Origin: Trichoplax sp. H2
Taxonomy: Eukaryota
Direction of reading: 5' to 3'
Assembly (NCBI GenBank): GCA_003344405.1
Contig: NOWV01000001.1
Location: 62,001-126,000 of the forward strand
DNA: 64,000 nucleotides
Shown here: positions 12,926 through 28,626 of the stretch, one piece after another
Layout of the letters: the number at the start of each line of letters is the position of its first letter
Position numbering within the stretch: the first letter of the stretch is position 1
Translations under genes and position numbers: made by a program
The notes under the pieces: model-generated
Told to the model about the DNA's origin: nothing
Databases searched by the model: none
Seen by the model: the letters and a program-made list of their open reading frames with translations, nothing else

Positions 12926-13914
12926 GGTATTGTACGTATATTTATTTTTAATTAGTTAATGGCGCTATTTCACTTTAGATGCAAGTACTGTATATCTAAG
13001 ATTACCAACCAAGATGAGCTCCTTGCAACTGTCTCCACACGGCCCATCAAATGACTGCTGCTGCATATCTAGCTACAATAACTGAAGAACTTTAATTCAA
13101 GAAGTCCTGTCCTGGCCGCCGTCCATTTGTTTCAATAGTAAATACAGTATAGCAGAATACTGGCACCTTGACAAGTACGAACATGTTGCTAAGTTAACAT
13201 TGTACAGTACATACTGTATTCATTTTCTCCACGTGATAGCTAGCTATTGCTGTACTAATTTTACTATTTGCATATCTGTGAGGGTTATGCTTGGGAGGAG
13301 TAGCTTCTATTTTTGTTGACAATACAGTATTCATATTTGATCTGCAGCTCAAAACATAGTTCGGATGGAAAATTGATAGCGGTAACATGTACGCTACTTT
13401 GATCTTATTCTTTGATGTATCGTTTTGTGGTAACGACAGCACAAGGTCGTTTCATCATAAGGTGCAATGCGAAAAAGAATTGAGTTAGGAGCTAAACCGA
13501 TCGATAAATAGATCTATAAATTGCCAATATGTTTATTATTTATTAAGACTCACACGACGTTCACAGAAATCAGTCGAATGTAAAAATGATTTCTCAAACA
13601 TGTTCACTTGATCAATAATTAAATTATAAGATAAGATTAAGTTATACTGTCTACGTCAGGTCTAGTCTACGATCCAAATGACAATAATTAACCACAATTT
13701 GTTGAGCTGTATTGAGTTTATTGGCACTTATAACTTAGAAGCAGCTCCAGGTCACGCATACTGCACATCGCCAAGAGCCAGAAATGCTAACATCATTACG
13801 ATGACTGATTCATTTTATTAACTTATTACATGTATCCTACCATTGTAACCGCAACAGCAATATTTTTAAAATGACTACAGTAAAGTATGGTATCGTACTA
13901 TTCCAATAAATGGA

Positions 13915-15570
13915 TTAATAGTCTCTCTTTGGTCTTTTATTTCTCCATTCCGCGATTTCTTTGACATTAGCCACACGATCGAACAAAACCTTCAAACTAG
14001 GAAAATTGTCAAAGACATGCTCATCATCGTCCACTAAGTATTCAGCTCCACAAAAAAATTGGAGATCTGCCAAAGTTAACTAAAAGAAAAGATTAATATT
14101 TAGTAGATGTGTTAGCATATCATCCTCTCCTTAGTCTCTTATGCAAAATACATATATTGACCATCCGATATCAACAACGTTTTCCTGTCATATAGAGTCT
14201 AGAACGGTACTCGTTTGTCATTTGTAGCGACTTACCCTATCGCAAACCAAGTACTCGAATTTGTTACTTTGAAAAATTGCCTCCGTGGCCTTTAGCCAGA
14301 CCGGAAGAAACTTTAAATAGTTATTCCTGCTAACTTCCTGCAGTAACATCAACATCAAATAAATATTGGATCGTAGTTCATAAATTGCCGTTCATTAGTG
14401 CATCCAAAATTATAATTATATATATATATATATATAATATTGAACCAATACGGCAAAAGTATAACTGCTAGAAGCAGCCGTAAGCTGAAATTCTGCTCAA
14501 GTCAGCAAATAACTATGGCCGCATAGGCAAGAAATTATTTCTAGTCTTGTATGCTTCAAATATTCTAACCCTTCTCTTTTCATCTGTTTCAAACGCTGCT
14601 ATCATATATTTTTCTATCAGATCCGTAACAGCGGACGACACCATATCAATCTGATATTTTTCGTAGTTATTGTTACCATGAAGACCTAATAGCAAATTAG
14701 GAATCGGATACAATTATTACTTACTTATTAATTTATATGGAAACTAAAATTCGAAATGATTGAGATAAATGCAATTTGCAAATACATAAACTGACGTACC
14801 GAAGGTCGCAGCTAAGTAATTCTCGATAGCTAAGCTTTCAATGAAGACTTTACCATCAATCTCTAAGCAGGGCAGCTGCTTAAAAGGATTCTTTACGGCT
14901 AATAACGATGATTGCAACAGTATTAGGAATAATAACAAGAATTGCATTACATTGACATTACAGTACAAGTACGCGTGTACTGTGCAATATGTAACTGTTA
15001 AATTTTGAGCAATGAATTTGATCGACATTACGTATAACAAATGAGCTTTCTGCATGAATACAATTTCCAGTCTTGCTTTTTAGCCTGTATCATTCAAGGA
15101 CTATTAGAAGACTCTCTCTTCTTCTAGTAGTCATTCAATCACTCTATGTTAATGTCTAATCATATTACAAGCTAGTGAAAATAAAAGACGTGCGGTTTTA
15201 AGCAGAAATTTTATAGTACCAATGGTTGGAGCTCATAAAAGAACCTGACGCAATCAGCATGTTTCACTATTCAAGAAGAGACACCGAAACGTGCCATATA
15301 GTACGTTACAGTAGATGGCACAACACAAAATTTGCAGTCATTGCAGATATCACCATAAGAGAAATACACGTAACATTTTAATATTTGGCACGGCTAGCTA
15401 AATATACTTGGTTAAGCCGGCTGAGGCCTCTGCTTACTTGGTTTAATCTTGGGCCATTCTTCTTCGGTGAAACGTTCGTCGACATAATCAACACCTGCTA
15501 CTGCTAAAATATAACGGCTGACTTCAGCTCGGCCACGAATATCAAAATAAGTAAGCTTATATGATGGCAT
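13915..15570 (-). CDS. Glutathione S-transferase, sigma-class-like (copy 2)
   Basis: Five exons: [22 protein letters not shown]...; NPFKQLPCLEIDGKVFIESLAI; GLHGNNNYEKYQIDM; EYLVCDR; LTLADL...WRNKRPKRDY* (stop 13915-13917). Confidence 0.92.
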
Positions 15571-15800
15571 CTTTGCAATTTGTTGGAATGCAGTAAAATC
15601 GAAGGATCACTGATATATGTAATTTAATGTACAGAAAGTACCAAAGTTAGAACGTTTCAGGAGAAAGAGCAAGCACCAAATAAATCAATGCAGCACAAGA
15701 TCGAAAAAATGCTCCGACCGACCTTTTATTAAATTCAGAAAAGTTTCTGATGTGTTGATAAAATTACTGTACCGTACTATCTATCCGTCCGTCTGTGGAG

Positions 15801-15822
15801 TACAGTACAGTACTGTACTGTA
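15801..15822. promoter_or_regulatory. Perfect 22-bp palindrome TACAGTACAGTACTGTACTGTA in the GST2/GST3 divergent intergenic region
   Basis: The sequence equals its own reverse complement. A regulatory role is inferred only from its position. Confidence 0.45.
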
Positions 15823-16282
15823 GTATACTTTCCACAAAAACTGCGCTGGCAGCGCAGCTAGTGCAGGACACTGCAGGTTGCTAAGAGCTCGGACTCGACT
15901 AAAGGGAATAATATTCCGATGCTGAAGGTTTAGGCACCTAAAACTAAACAAACTTCTATTTGTACGCGTATATTAAATTAATTCTATTTATTTAGTTATG
16001 CACAGTTAACTATTGAACTTGCAGAGTCAGGTGACAAGGTACCGCACAATACAGTAACTGCTATGTGGCATTGTGCACGTTTGTGTAAACCCACTGCGGC
16101 CTACAATTGCTACAATACTCCCTCCCTCATTTAGTGTGATAGTAAATAACGTCCTAGTTCACGCTGCCTCAGCTAGGCTAGTCTAATACTGCGCAAGGAT
16201 TACCAACTTTTCATTTTACTCGTCTTTCTTCGTTGTAAGCTTTGCAGGTTGTTTTTTCCAACGCGACGTTGACCAAGCTTGA

Positions 16283-17900
<1,618 letters not shown>

Positions 17901-18613
17901 TCTAACAGATACAGAAATATAAAGCGACGTAATTTTGAGTAATTGCATTTTCGTTTAGGGATGCAATTTTAATTATCAATAGTTTGTCTTTCTCTTTCTC
18001 GTGTTCTTCGTGAAAGTATGAAAATCTTTGAAATAAATGGTACGACTTAAAACCTCTCCGGCAGTAATCTTCGTATGGTTATTATTAGAAATGACAGTAA
18101 TTTTATGGCCCTATGACTTGACTCTACACTGTAGTATAATAAAGCCTGTTCAAGAGAAATTTTTCGATTTCAGAAAGTTGGTTCAACTTTTGCTAATTTT
18201 GAACGCATTCTTATCACATAAAAAATTGTAATTGATGAATTTCAACAATCTGATCAACATTATCATACAATTAAAGGAAAATTAACCTTTGACGACTCCG
18301 AACTTAAACAGCTCATAATAATCATTCAGTTTTGGCATGAATGCGAATTACCCATTTATCACGGTATTTTTGCACCGAATTAAGACAAAATATATAATAC
18401 TTTTAAATTATGTCTTCTTTAAGGGTTAAATTTATTATTATAGTTTTCGTATTAACTCAGATGTAGTACAAGTTCATTATTAACCGTCAATCAAATCAAA
18501 ACATGCTACTACACATAGCATAATATCAACTTGACATAACCAAAACATAAAAGGCTAAAGTTAGAAATAAGTAAACAATTTTGCGCAAAGATGTTTTTAT
18601 CCAAAAATGAAGG

Positions 18614-21600
18614 TTATGCATCTTTACTGGCTGGAATAACATAATTTTGTAGAAAATTTATCATATCGCTATTTTCGAGATCTGTTTCAAGGAAACGGTC
18701 TACAATTGTTGAGTATCTAAAGAAAGTTAAAACCATAAAAAATGTTAAGTTAGATAATAACAGAACAACTTACTATTGCCCCTATAATACTTTACGGAAG
18801 TTAAGGCGATATTGTACACTGTACAGACCTAAATCTATGGAAGAACTAGTCTCGACTGATATATATATATTATACAGTATATATATATATATATACAAAA
18901 CAAACTAGATAATTTTACTCTAATAAATTATTGGTGAATCAGTCAGGCGTAACCGTTAAATGTAATCTACAGTTCCGTAGTGTGATACATTTTTAATCGC
19001 TCCGCAGTAGATTCTGAACCACTTCGGGTAATTGCATCTCCCTGGATTATCGCCTCGGCAATCTGTGATTTAAATAATAGTACACGTATTTTAGAATTGA
19101 AAAGTAGTAGAGTGATCTATGTACATGTCGTGCATTAGTCAAAGCACGAAAAGTGAATTTTCCAAACTACTTCTCTGCCTCGAGATAGGACATGAGTTGG
19201 AATATGAGCTACAGCTGCTACGTGATACGCTAGACTTCTAGAAGATAACCCATCCAATAGCTGATACAAGTATGCAATGTTGTCTTTTTCTATCAAGGTA
19301 TCCATTGTCTATGTAAGATGGGTAATAAATAGGTTAAAAAATATTTTTTTAAAGTCGTAAAGTCTATACCCTACACGATAATTTACTCCATTCATTAACT
19401 TCTCATAGTAAAATGAAAATAACACCATTAATTTAGTAATACATCAGAATTTCATATTTTATATCTTAGTTTATATTAATTAATTAAATTAAACTAAGTC
19501 TATGTATAACGTCGACATAAGAAATAAAAATTTTCAAAATACGTTTAATACGTACCTGATACTTTAAAAGATCTGATTGTGGTAGAATATTATGTTTCTG
19601 AATGCTAGTAAAGTGAGTTGATATTAAAATTTTTGGTGGACATCTTTTCTCCAGCCAAAATTCAATAATGGCAATTGTAAGGCTTAAACCATCGATCTAT
19701 ATCACGTTTCATTGCAAATAAAAGGTCGGTTTTATATTCTATAGATAATTTCGAGTTGGCAACTTCTATACGTAAATTCGAGATATAATTCATAGAAATC
19801 TTTACGTAAGAAGGATTTAACTGACTGGAGAAGTAAATTTTCCGAATTCGTCAATTAATATTAAAGATTTTTCGGTCGCACCCATCAAGCTAGTAGCAAT
19901 CTAATTATTTTATAACAGATAGCATTTGGACATTAATCAGTGAACTAGTTATGGTAAAGAATAAAGATACAGTATAATAATGCGATATCTTCGAATATGT
20001 TGTACGGTAAGATTTCTGCGATCGAGGTTTACCTCCGTTAATTCAATTGCAAATGCTGATAAGTTTACGGAAATCGTCTCGTGAGTTTGGATTCGAGTAT
20101 AAATTCTATCTGAAATGCCAATTTCAGCCTCCTCTGCTGGAACAAAACTCCCGATATGTGCCATATATACTATTAGACCGACCTTACGGGGATATAATTA
20201 AAGTATTGAAATAGAACTATTTTCAGTTATTCCATCTTTTGATGTGATAGTTAAACTTATATCAGTACCATACATTGAGTGTTTATTTGTTTAGTACCTG
20301 TTTCAGATACACACTCTTTCCACTGGCGTTAGGACCGGTGATAATGTTAATTCTGTCTTTTTGTTCCTCTATATATGTATCATTCGGAATGAATTTTCCG
20401 GGATCAAGGCAACATTCTTGGAGAGGATGCCTATAAAATTTGACGTTGACGCAAAGAATATTTTATTATACCTTAGCTAAACTCTAATAAAGAAAACAGA
20501 GTCTTCATTTATGTAAGACCGTATTGCTGATGATTTACTTATTATATTGAATAGAGTAAAAGTTTACAGTTAATAAATAATTTGCTATATGCACAGTACT
20601 ATGGTGTCAGGTTGCACTTCGATATATTCATTAGCTATGAGAAAGTCAGTAAATATAGCGTGACATCTCACTTACTATGTAAACTTTATAACACAATATA
20701 ATTTAATCTTAGTTTATCTAGCAATCCATATGAAAGACATACAGACACTTGAATTAATATTTAGCATACAAAAGTTGCACAACTGACACAAACTACGATA
20801 AGATTGTTATAACATCACAGGTACACTTTACTATAGCACTAAGCGCTAAATAAAATTAGTAGTACTATTGCTGAGCTATAGGTAATGAACCTACCTTCCC
20901 TTTTTAATAGCTATTTTATTTGCTTCAGTTAACTTTGGACGAATGAAATTATTTTGCTTAGCTAAAATCGTCAGGGCAATAAGACTAACACAAAATAACA
21001 TGGGATTTTACAACCACTTCATTGAGCACAGTACACAAAATACAACTGTATAGATATCTGTGATATCTACCAATCTAATTCGGCGATTTTTTCGAGTAAA
21101 GAGAGAATATCATCTTTATGTTGTAATACTACTTCCTGCAGCTGAAGCATAATTTCTATTTCTTTATCTACAATATAATGGATATAGTGTAAGGATTCAA
21201 GCCATCACTCAGCCCATCTGTCTATACATGCGGTCACATTTGTTGATAATCAGTAAATAAGTGTAATAATGAGTGGATATAAAATTCGCATTTTATTTCT
21301 CACCTAGTAATCTACATTGAGTATCTCCTAAGGATTCATCCAGTTCTGAACATAAAGATTATTTTAAGAATTTATTAAATAAAGTATGGAGTATCAATGT
21401 CTAATCAAGCGTGAAATATGATATTCCAGACTATCGCCATTCCTTAAATTAATAACTGTACCTTTGGTAAGAGGGCTCTTATAGTACGCCACATCGTTGG
21501 AAACAAACTAATACCGAAGCGTAAAAATAAGCAAATAGAGTTTGTTCAGGTAGATATAAAAAATTGTAGCATAATCATTATATGCATTTACTTGAATAAC

Positions 21601-24600
21601 TTACCATAAAGTCGAGGCCATCAATAAGGAAATCACTTTCAGAACGCATAAATGATAATTTTGCGATGGCTAACATGAATCCAAGCTGATTAAAAGATGA
21701 TAGGATTTATAGATATCATTCTGATATAGCGAGCGATACGGTAAAAAATATAACATAGGATAATATCGATTTTATTAACAAAGAAAACACATTTAAATTG
21801 AAATTAATTAAAATTATTGTTTTCAAACTTTAGTGCTTCTGCTTGCGATTGATTTCTAGTTTAATGTTAAAATAAATAATCAAAAAAGTTATTACAAGTA
21901 AATCGTGTGTAGAAGGACCTGTGGCAAGTAGATAACGCTGCATTCATGGACTTGATTATCTAGTCTCTCTAATTCTTTCGAAGCCACCTTAGTCAAAATT
22001 TCTGGTAATCTATTGTATGTACGCCTATCTTTAATAATTATATCAGACACAGAGGGAAGTTAGTTGGGCAACAGTTATTAGACTAGCTATACTGTATTTA
22101 GTTTTTATTATTTGAAGTAAAATCACCGTTATCAAATTGAGTATCTTTGCCAGGTCTGATAATGAATCGTTTCTGCTTTTTAGATTCTTGGAGGTCAATC
22201 TAAAAAGATTTTATTTGATACTTTTTCAATATAAAAGTAATAACGAATTTTTACCTCGAATTAGACAGTTTAAAATTCTCCGTTAGAGTGATTTAATTGA
22301 TACTTATCAGGTCTATAACTTCTCTGATAGACGATACCGTGTCGGAGATAATCTTCGCAAGATTTTGATTTGTGCCTGTAGTGCAAATTTTAACAATCTA
22401 GAAGTTGAACAATTGGAAACGTTAAGCATAAAAATCTTATTAGCTAATATCAAAGAGTTCATTAATTCTAATTAATAAAATTCTACTTTCAGGGAACAAC
22501 CCTTAAGCTTCGAATTATAATTCATTATGATTTATATTTTTTAGCCGTTTTTCACATTCTTAAAATACAGCTTTCTAAGTTAATAATTAAGGTAAGCTAA
22601 GATATTAATAGTTTAATTAACCTAGATCATATAAATTGATTGTCAAAAGTTATCGTACCTCTTGAAATAGTGGTATAGACTGCGGTAAATGTTGGCTTAA
22701 TTTTCCTATTTCAATCATTGCTTGTATAGTCTGCACGTAGTGAATATATTGATAATAGAAATAATTCTAATGTTTTAAGTTTCTAAAAGTGATATTATTG
22801 AATTTGCATACCGATGATATTAGTTTCCAATCCTCAATAGATATTTTAGCTATCATCATTCGAGAAATTATACGCTATAATGAACATGAGTATGTATGAG
22901 AGACGAAATTTGCGCATTTATTCCTAATTTCTCTTGCAGATCAATATGTACCACAATTACACCGTATTGCAATTATATTAAGGGATTATAATTTTACTTT
23001 CTATTACGATACATACTGATATATTCCTAATTTTTCTTATATGTAGATGCAGTTCCATTGCAACATCGTATTGTTGCACTCCTAAGAAATATGAGATGAC
23101 GTCGTATCGCTTTCGTAATGCATTCATTTCACAGATAGGGCGGATAAACCATAACCTTATAAGAATGGAAGCAATTATGAAGAATTTAAATTCACTTGGA
23201 TTTTAGTGAATATAAAGGATAATGCTTAATATTAAAACCTCAGAAGGCGGGATCCAATCGTAGATCGAGTATGATTTGCCATTTCTAAGACGGTAGTAAT
23301 AGGATAAATAATTATATTGTTGATTGACTAGTTTTACTAATTTTTAAAGATTATTGTGATAATTGTGACTTTTATATTTAGATTTGACCGAATCTACCGA
23401 ATAATTCACTACAGAGGCTTAAAGCCTACACAACTTCACATTTAAACTGAATAAAAAATAAGATAGCTAACTAAATAGAGAGAGCTTTTTATGATTATGT
23501 TCGATTTTATCTGGTGGACTTTGATCGTCGAAACAGAAAATCTGTAGAGCGCTAATTAGCAATTCGAAATAAAATTGTCATTAATATTTCTGAGTTATCC
23601 GGAAACTTTACTCAGAAACAGTGACGTTACCTAAATGTATGTTTATCGATGTGCATAACACCTGCTCTATAATGCGTAATAATAATTAGTTAACATCATT
23701 TACTAATGAATCAACAATTTAAGCAGCTAATGATCGAACTAGTTTACGAACAGGTAATATTTGTGTTATAAAATTTGACATACAACGAAAACATTTGCAA
23801 ATCGACGACATGAATATGCGCCTCTGATTCGCTTAGTTGATTGCTGCCATGTTTATTTTCTAAGAATGTAATGAGTCCGCCAATGGCTGAAATCTATCAG
23901 AAAGAACGTGGATTATAAACTAGATGTAACGATTGGGACTCATTTTTGCCAAATGGCTAACACTGCAATTAATACAGTACTTGATATGGATTGGTTACTA
24001 AGACTTTAAAGTCGATAGATCAGTGCAAACTAGAGTATTATACTTATTATTTTACTCCATTATTGTACCATAGTAACGTTGTTGAATGAAAGTTTTGCTG
24101 ATATTGTCATTAACTCCTCAATTTCTAGCATATCAGACTGATTACGGATGCGGCTAAGTAGCGAACCAATACGATGTTTTGCAGATTCTGACGCTTTATA
24201 GTTTTAAATAATATCATAATTATAAGGTATAGAGTTATTTTATGTGACTGTTAGCATTCATTTCCGTATGTTGTTAATATCGTATCTGCTAGGTTACTAG
24301 TGTACAATATTAATAAAAGTCTTGTTATTATAAAAGTATACTCAGACATTAGATCATCTATTCTAAACTAACAGAAGCTAGCTGTAGGTAAGACTTCAAT
24401 TTTATAGAGGTCACTTTTATTGATTCGGCTATGTTCAGCTTTGATATCTTAAATAGGAAGTAAAGTGATATCAGAAGAATAATCAGCATCACTATATAGG
24501 ATTTAGGTTAAAGACTGTGATGCAAAATTGTATAAATGTTTACTCTATCAACGTAATTTATTTGTCATGCTTTACAGATCGTTATTTTATACCTTCCAAA

Positions 24601-25397
24601 GCTTGATAGATTTTTGTATCTTGGCGTGAAAAAGTAAGCACAATATCTGGATCAATCTGAGTAATAGCTAGAGAAGTCAGAAGTTACTTCAATATTAAGA
24701 TTAAAGACATCTATACGTTATACATGTACAGTACATGATTATTTATGATTAAGGTTAACTTATTAAATTCACTTAATATCCGTTGCTATATGGGTCATGG
24801 ACGTATACTTTGTTTAATTTAAGTACTTTCAGAATAAACATGTTTTATATTACGTAAGTCCGATTTCAGTAAGTGCTACCTTTCCTTAGCATTGTAAAGT
24901 CTTCAGTTTCAACAATATCAGCACACATATTAATGATACAAGTCTCTGCATCATAAAATGCGACTCCAAGTTGACTGGATTTCCAGCAAACGCTCATTAT
25001 TATGGGCTGTAATGATCGAGAAATAAATTTCCTCATGAGGACTTCTTCCTCTATTGACATAAGCTTGATTTAGCCTGTTTTTAATTGTATCAGAATAACT
25101 AACCGTTTTAGGTTGCACCTCGTCATCCATAAGTGAACCAGTATTGCTTGCGAAATCTATAGGGTGTATACCATCTGTCACATTTCGACCATGATTGCTG
25201 GATACTAAATTCTCTACATATGAACTTGGTCTCTGATTTAATTGGCTACCATGAATAGAAAACTCATCATTTGTGGTGGCTATATCGAAGAAATTGCTTT
25301 TACTATTGCTGCGGTCATTACTTGACTGTATTGTCAACCGAGATACTGTAGAAGATACACTAAACGGAGTTGAAATGAAAGGCTGTGAAGAAGTCAT
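18614..25397 (-). CDS. MSH5: MutS homolog 5 (meiotic crossover protein)
   Basis: More than 20 short exons. IIMSVCWKSSQLGVAFYD, LWFIRP, SVIYLPQ|LGF, HPLQE, Walker A ITGPNASGKSVYLKQ, AHIGSFVPA, IYTRIQTHETIS, IDEFGK, THFTS, ending YVIPASKDA* at 18614. The start Met (25397) is less certain. Confidence 0.92.
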
Positions 25398-25929
25398 CCT
25401 GGAGTGAAGGAGATTTTCACTGTCTGTGAAAAATATCAAAAATTGAAATTCTGAGTACGATTACCAATTTTGCAAGTATGGCTCTACTAATACATGGTAA
25501 GGGAAAAACACGTTTATTTACTTATCTGTATAATGAATTATTACCCAAGCATACATAGATACAATTTACTACCTATTAAATTACCTAATGATCAGATAAG
25601 ATACCGTAAATGATTGAACGAAGAAGAAAGTCTTGGAATACGCATATAAAATGGCGAAGCGATTGATGTTTTAGGCTTTCACTGATTTCAGTGAAAGTAG
25701 AAGAATTGACGCACAAAAAGTGACTCAGCTTGAAACGATCACTGAAAAACGTGCGTACATTCCGGGTGTTACTAATATCAATTTCTACTGTGTTATATTA
25801 CTTTAATATTTGACATTGGACAAGGTTAAATGTTCTGCTAAGTTTCACTAATGCACCCTGCCATTTGCAAGTCTTTCTTTATGAGATGGAGAGGAGGATT
25901 AGGCGAAATAGGATAGTTTGCGCTAGCTA

Positions 25930-26565
25930 GAGAGCATTTTCCCATGATATAGGAGAACTTTGTTAGGAATTATCAGCAATTCTCGATCTCTACTTCATAC
26001 CTCTTATCCGTGCAGTAGAGGTCATCATTTTGAGTTTCACATCGAATCACCATTTGGTACTCTATGTTCACTGTAGGGTGGTTTCTACAATATCGAAAAA
26101 CTTTCTTGGGGTAGAGGCCATAATTTGCATTACAATTATCGTATCAAATTTACTGTTTGATGCTCTACGAGAGAATATTATCCACGGTATAGGAGAACTC
26201 TATGAGGAATTACCGGTATTTAGCAATCCTTGAAATTGATCAGTGTGGCAAAGGCTATAAGTTGAAGTATCACATCAAAGCCACTGATACTCTGTAATCG
26301 ATACGTAACAGAGATATTACGATGGAGTGCTATATCATCCATTACAGAGAGAATTTTTGATACTAGCTATTAGTAATTCTCGAGTTCCGTTTATGTGGTA
26401 GAGATCCTAATTTAAAATTTCTTATTAAAATTAAGGTTTGATATTTATTATACTCGTTACGGAGTATACGAGGAAAATATAAGAGAACCTTATTAGCGAT
26501 TACAGTAGTTCTTCACCTCCATCAATGAGGTAGAGGCCATAATTTTGAATATCATATCAAGCTCT
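25930..26565. repeat. Degenerate tandem repeat (~5 units, ~90-150 bp spacing) upstream of MSH5
   Basis: GTAGAGGCCATAATTT-like cores near 26015, 26110, 26248, 26398 and 26530. TATAGGAGAACT/TATAAGAGAACC near 25948, 26188 and 26477. Confidence 0.6.
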
Positions 26566-27255
26566 TTAAAGATAACCTATTAGAGCTGATTATGGGCGAC
26601 AATTTAGAAAAAATGGCAAATATACAGTTGCCATATATTGCATGAATGAACGAAAGTATTTATGTAAAATTTCGGAAGCAATGTTAAAAAGAATTTAATC
26701 AACTGTAAATAATTACGTATACTTGTATAGGTACGGTAGTTGTTCCATCATTAAATGCCAACAATAATTCTATTGATATGGGCAAAGTACAATTTTATTT
26801 TATCATTATTTTACTGACTAGGCCTCGTATGTTCAATATTTACTCCGGATTCAGCTGGTTTATTTTTTAACGAGAATATAAAAGGATAGTTGGCACAAAT
26901 TGCAATCTACTAATACAATCTTATTTCGTTATCCTGCCTACAAATGGTGATTTTTAGGGCGTAGTTGTAAATTCTTGAAAAATTGTAATCTTTTCAGGTT
27001 TACTATACTCGTACACTGTATTACTAGCGATGTTGCAATTCCTTGTATAAATGACATATCCATATATATGCAGGAGATATTAAAATTTATCGAGAATTAA
27101 TGGTTTATCCGTAGAATGCAAGTATACAGCACTATTGCATACAATAAAATACCATAGATGCAAACAAGTTATACTGCAAGCACTTTCTAAAATACAGTAC
27201 CTAGTCCTTAACTGCTTAGTTCAAGAACAATAAATGTAGAACAAAGTAAGAACCC

Positions 27256-27621
27256 TTATTTCATTTCATTATTGGTATTTTCCTGTCTTTGAAGCCATCC
27301 TAAGAAGCCTTGACGATAATGACGAGCATTACTATATCCCAATTGGAGAGCAGCATCTAAAGCCATACGACTACGTTTACCAGACTGGCAGTGAAAGATC
27401 AAGTGTTGACTATCCATAGTAGGTTTTGCAACGCTATACTTATCTTGAAAGGCTTCTGCACTCATTTGCAATGCATCTCGGATTTCATGAACAGGAACAT
27501 TGACTGAATGTGCAATCTTTCCATATTTAGCAATCTCTTCTGGTGTGCGAACATCGAATAATTGAATGTTTTTCGTCTCGATGAGCGATACTAAATCCTC
27601 GTACGATATTTCGTCCATCAT
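27256..27621 (-). CDS. Single-domain rhodanese/thiosulfate sulfurtransferase (TSTD1/TSTD3-like)
   Basis: Intronless 121-aa ORF with LFDVRTPEE, GKIAHSVNVP, active-site loop HCQSGKRS and YRQGFLGW. Confidence 0.92.
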   Translation of the reverse strand: MMDEISYEDLVSLIETKNIQLFDVRTPEEIAKYGKIAHSVNVPVHEIRDALQMSAEAFQDKYSVAKPTMDSQHLIFHCQSGKRSRMALDAALQLGYSNARHYRQGFLGWLQRQENTNNEMK

Positions 27622-28626
27622 TTGTTTTGGTTGTAATGACTGGATTGATCAATCCTATTGCGCTTATTCATTTACTAGTTATTGGATTATCCTTACGTAA
27701 TACAAAAAGAGAGCTTATCTGAGAGTATCGTGTAGCATTGATGTTGATAAAGCAGATTTAGAATAAGTTGTTATGCTAGATTTTACCTTTGTATCGATTC
27801 TAGTATTACTACTAGTACAAAAATTGGAAATTAATTCAAAATTAAAATCTATTCCCAATCTACTTTTGCAATAGTGGTAATACCCAATATTTTGCGATTT
27901 GGCAACGCCCTACTGAGTACAGGACATACCAGAGTACGTACTGTACACTGTACAATGTGATCGTTGGATATATTTGAAAAGAGTCAAAACTAGAAGTAAA
28001 ACGCTTAAAAAAAACCAATCTTTCTCAACCTTCCTATACGGATATATTAAAAGCATGCCTTTGCCACAAATTTTATACAAATTGATGCAAAAATAAAACT
28101 TTAACCTCCAATATATCGGATCACATCGTACAGTACTCTACAGTAGTATGCTGTAGAGTATAGTACTGTACTGTGATGTGCAAAAAGATTCGATCGCTCG
28201 ATTTTTCTCTATACTAATAGCTGTTAAATGGAAAATTTTTACATTGGGAAATGCTATTTTACCACGATTAGATTGATTACTATACAGTAAAGTATGACAA
28301 CTAATGGTGTTATCGTCCATTGCCTTCTTTATTGCTTTTTTCTTACTTACTTTTGACTTTATCAGCTACTGTACTGTAGTAGTAGACACCGAGAGATCCC
28401 AGGTGAGTAGCGTGACACTATTGCACGATAGATACTGCAGTGTAGTGTTCCAGTTGTGTCGTAGTGATACTATGATTGACTGGAACAACGACAGGATCAA
28501 GGACGGTTGCGCAGACCTGTCATCATCACCGCACACATAGTACTGCAGTGGCAAGACTTAGTTAGGAGCGGATATAGGCCACGGGCCCATTTTACTCGCA
28601 TCGACGACGACAGCAACTGCGGCATC

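Noticed and set aside
18858..18895. (TA)n runs here and near 8845 and 14420; poly-C at ~53457-53467
   Set aside because: Ordinary intronic simple repeats.
24866..25439. Apparent frameshift or overlap between two MSH5 N-terminal ORFs
   Set aside because: Resolved by a normal phase-0 intron (donor GTTAGT ~25103, acceptor TACAG 25007) giving ...QPKT|PIIMSVCW.
28138..28626. Several overlapping short ORFs and an apparent N-terminal extension of EIF2B3
   Set aside because: GC-richer promoter/5' UTR sequence lengthens chance ORFs; the conserved start is MEFQAV at 28627.
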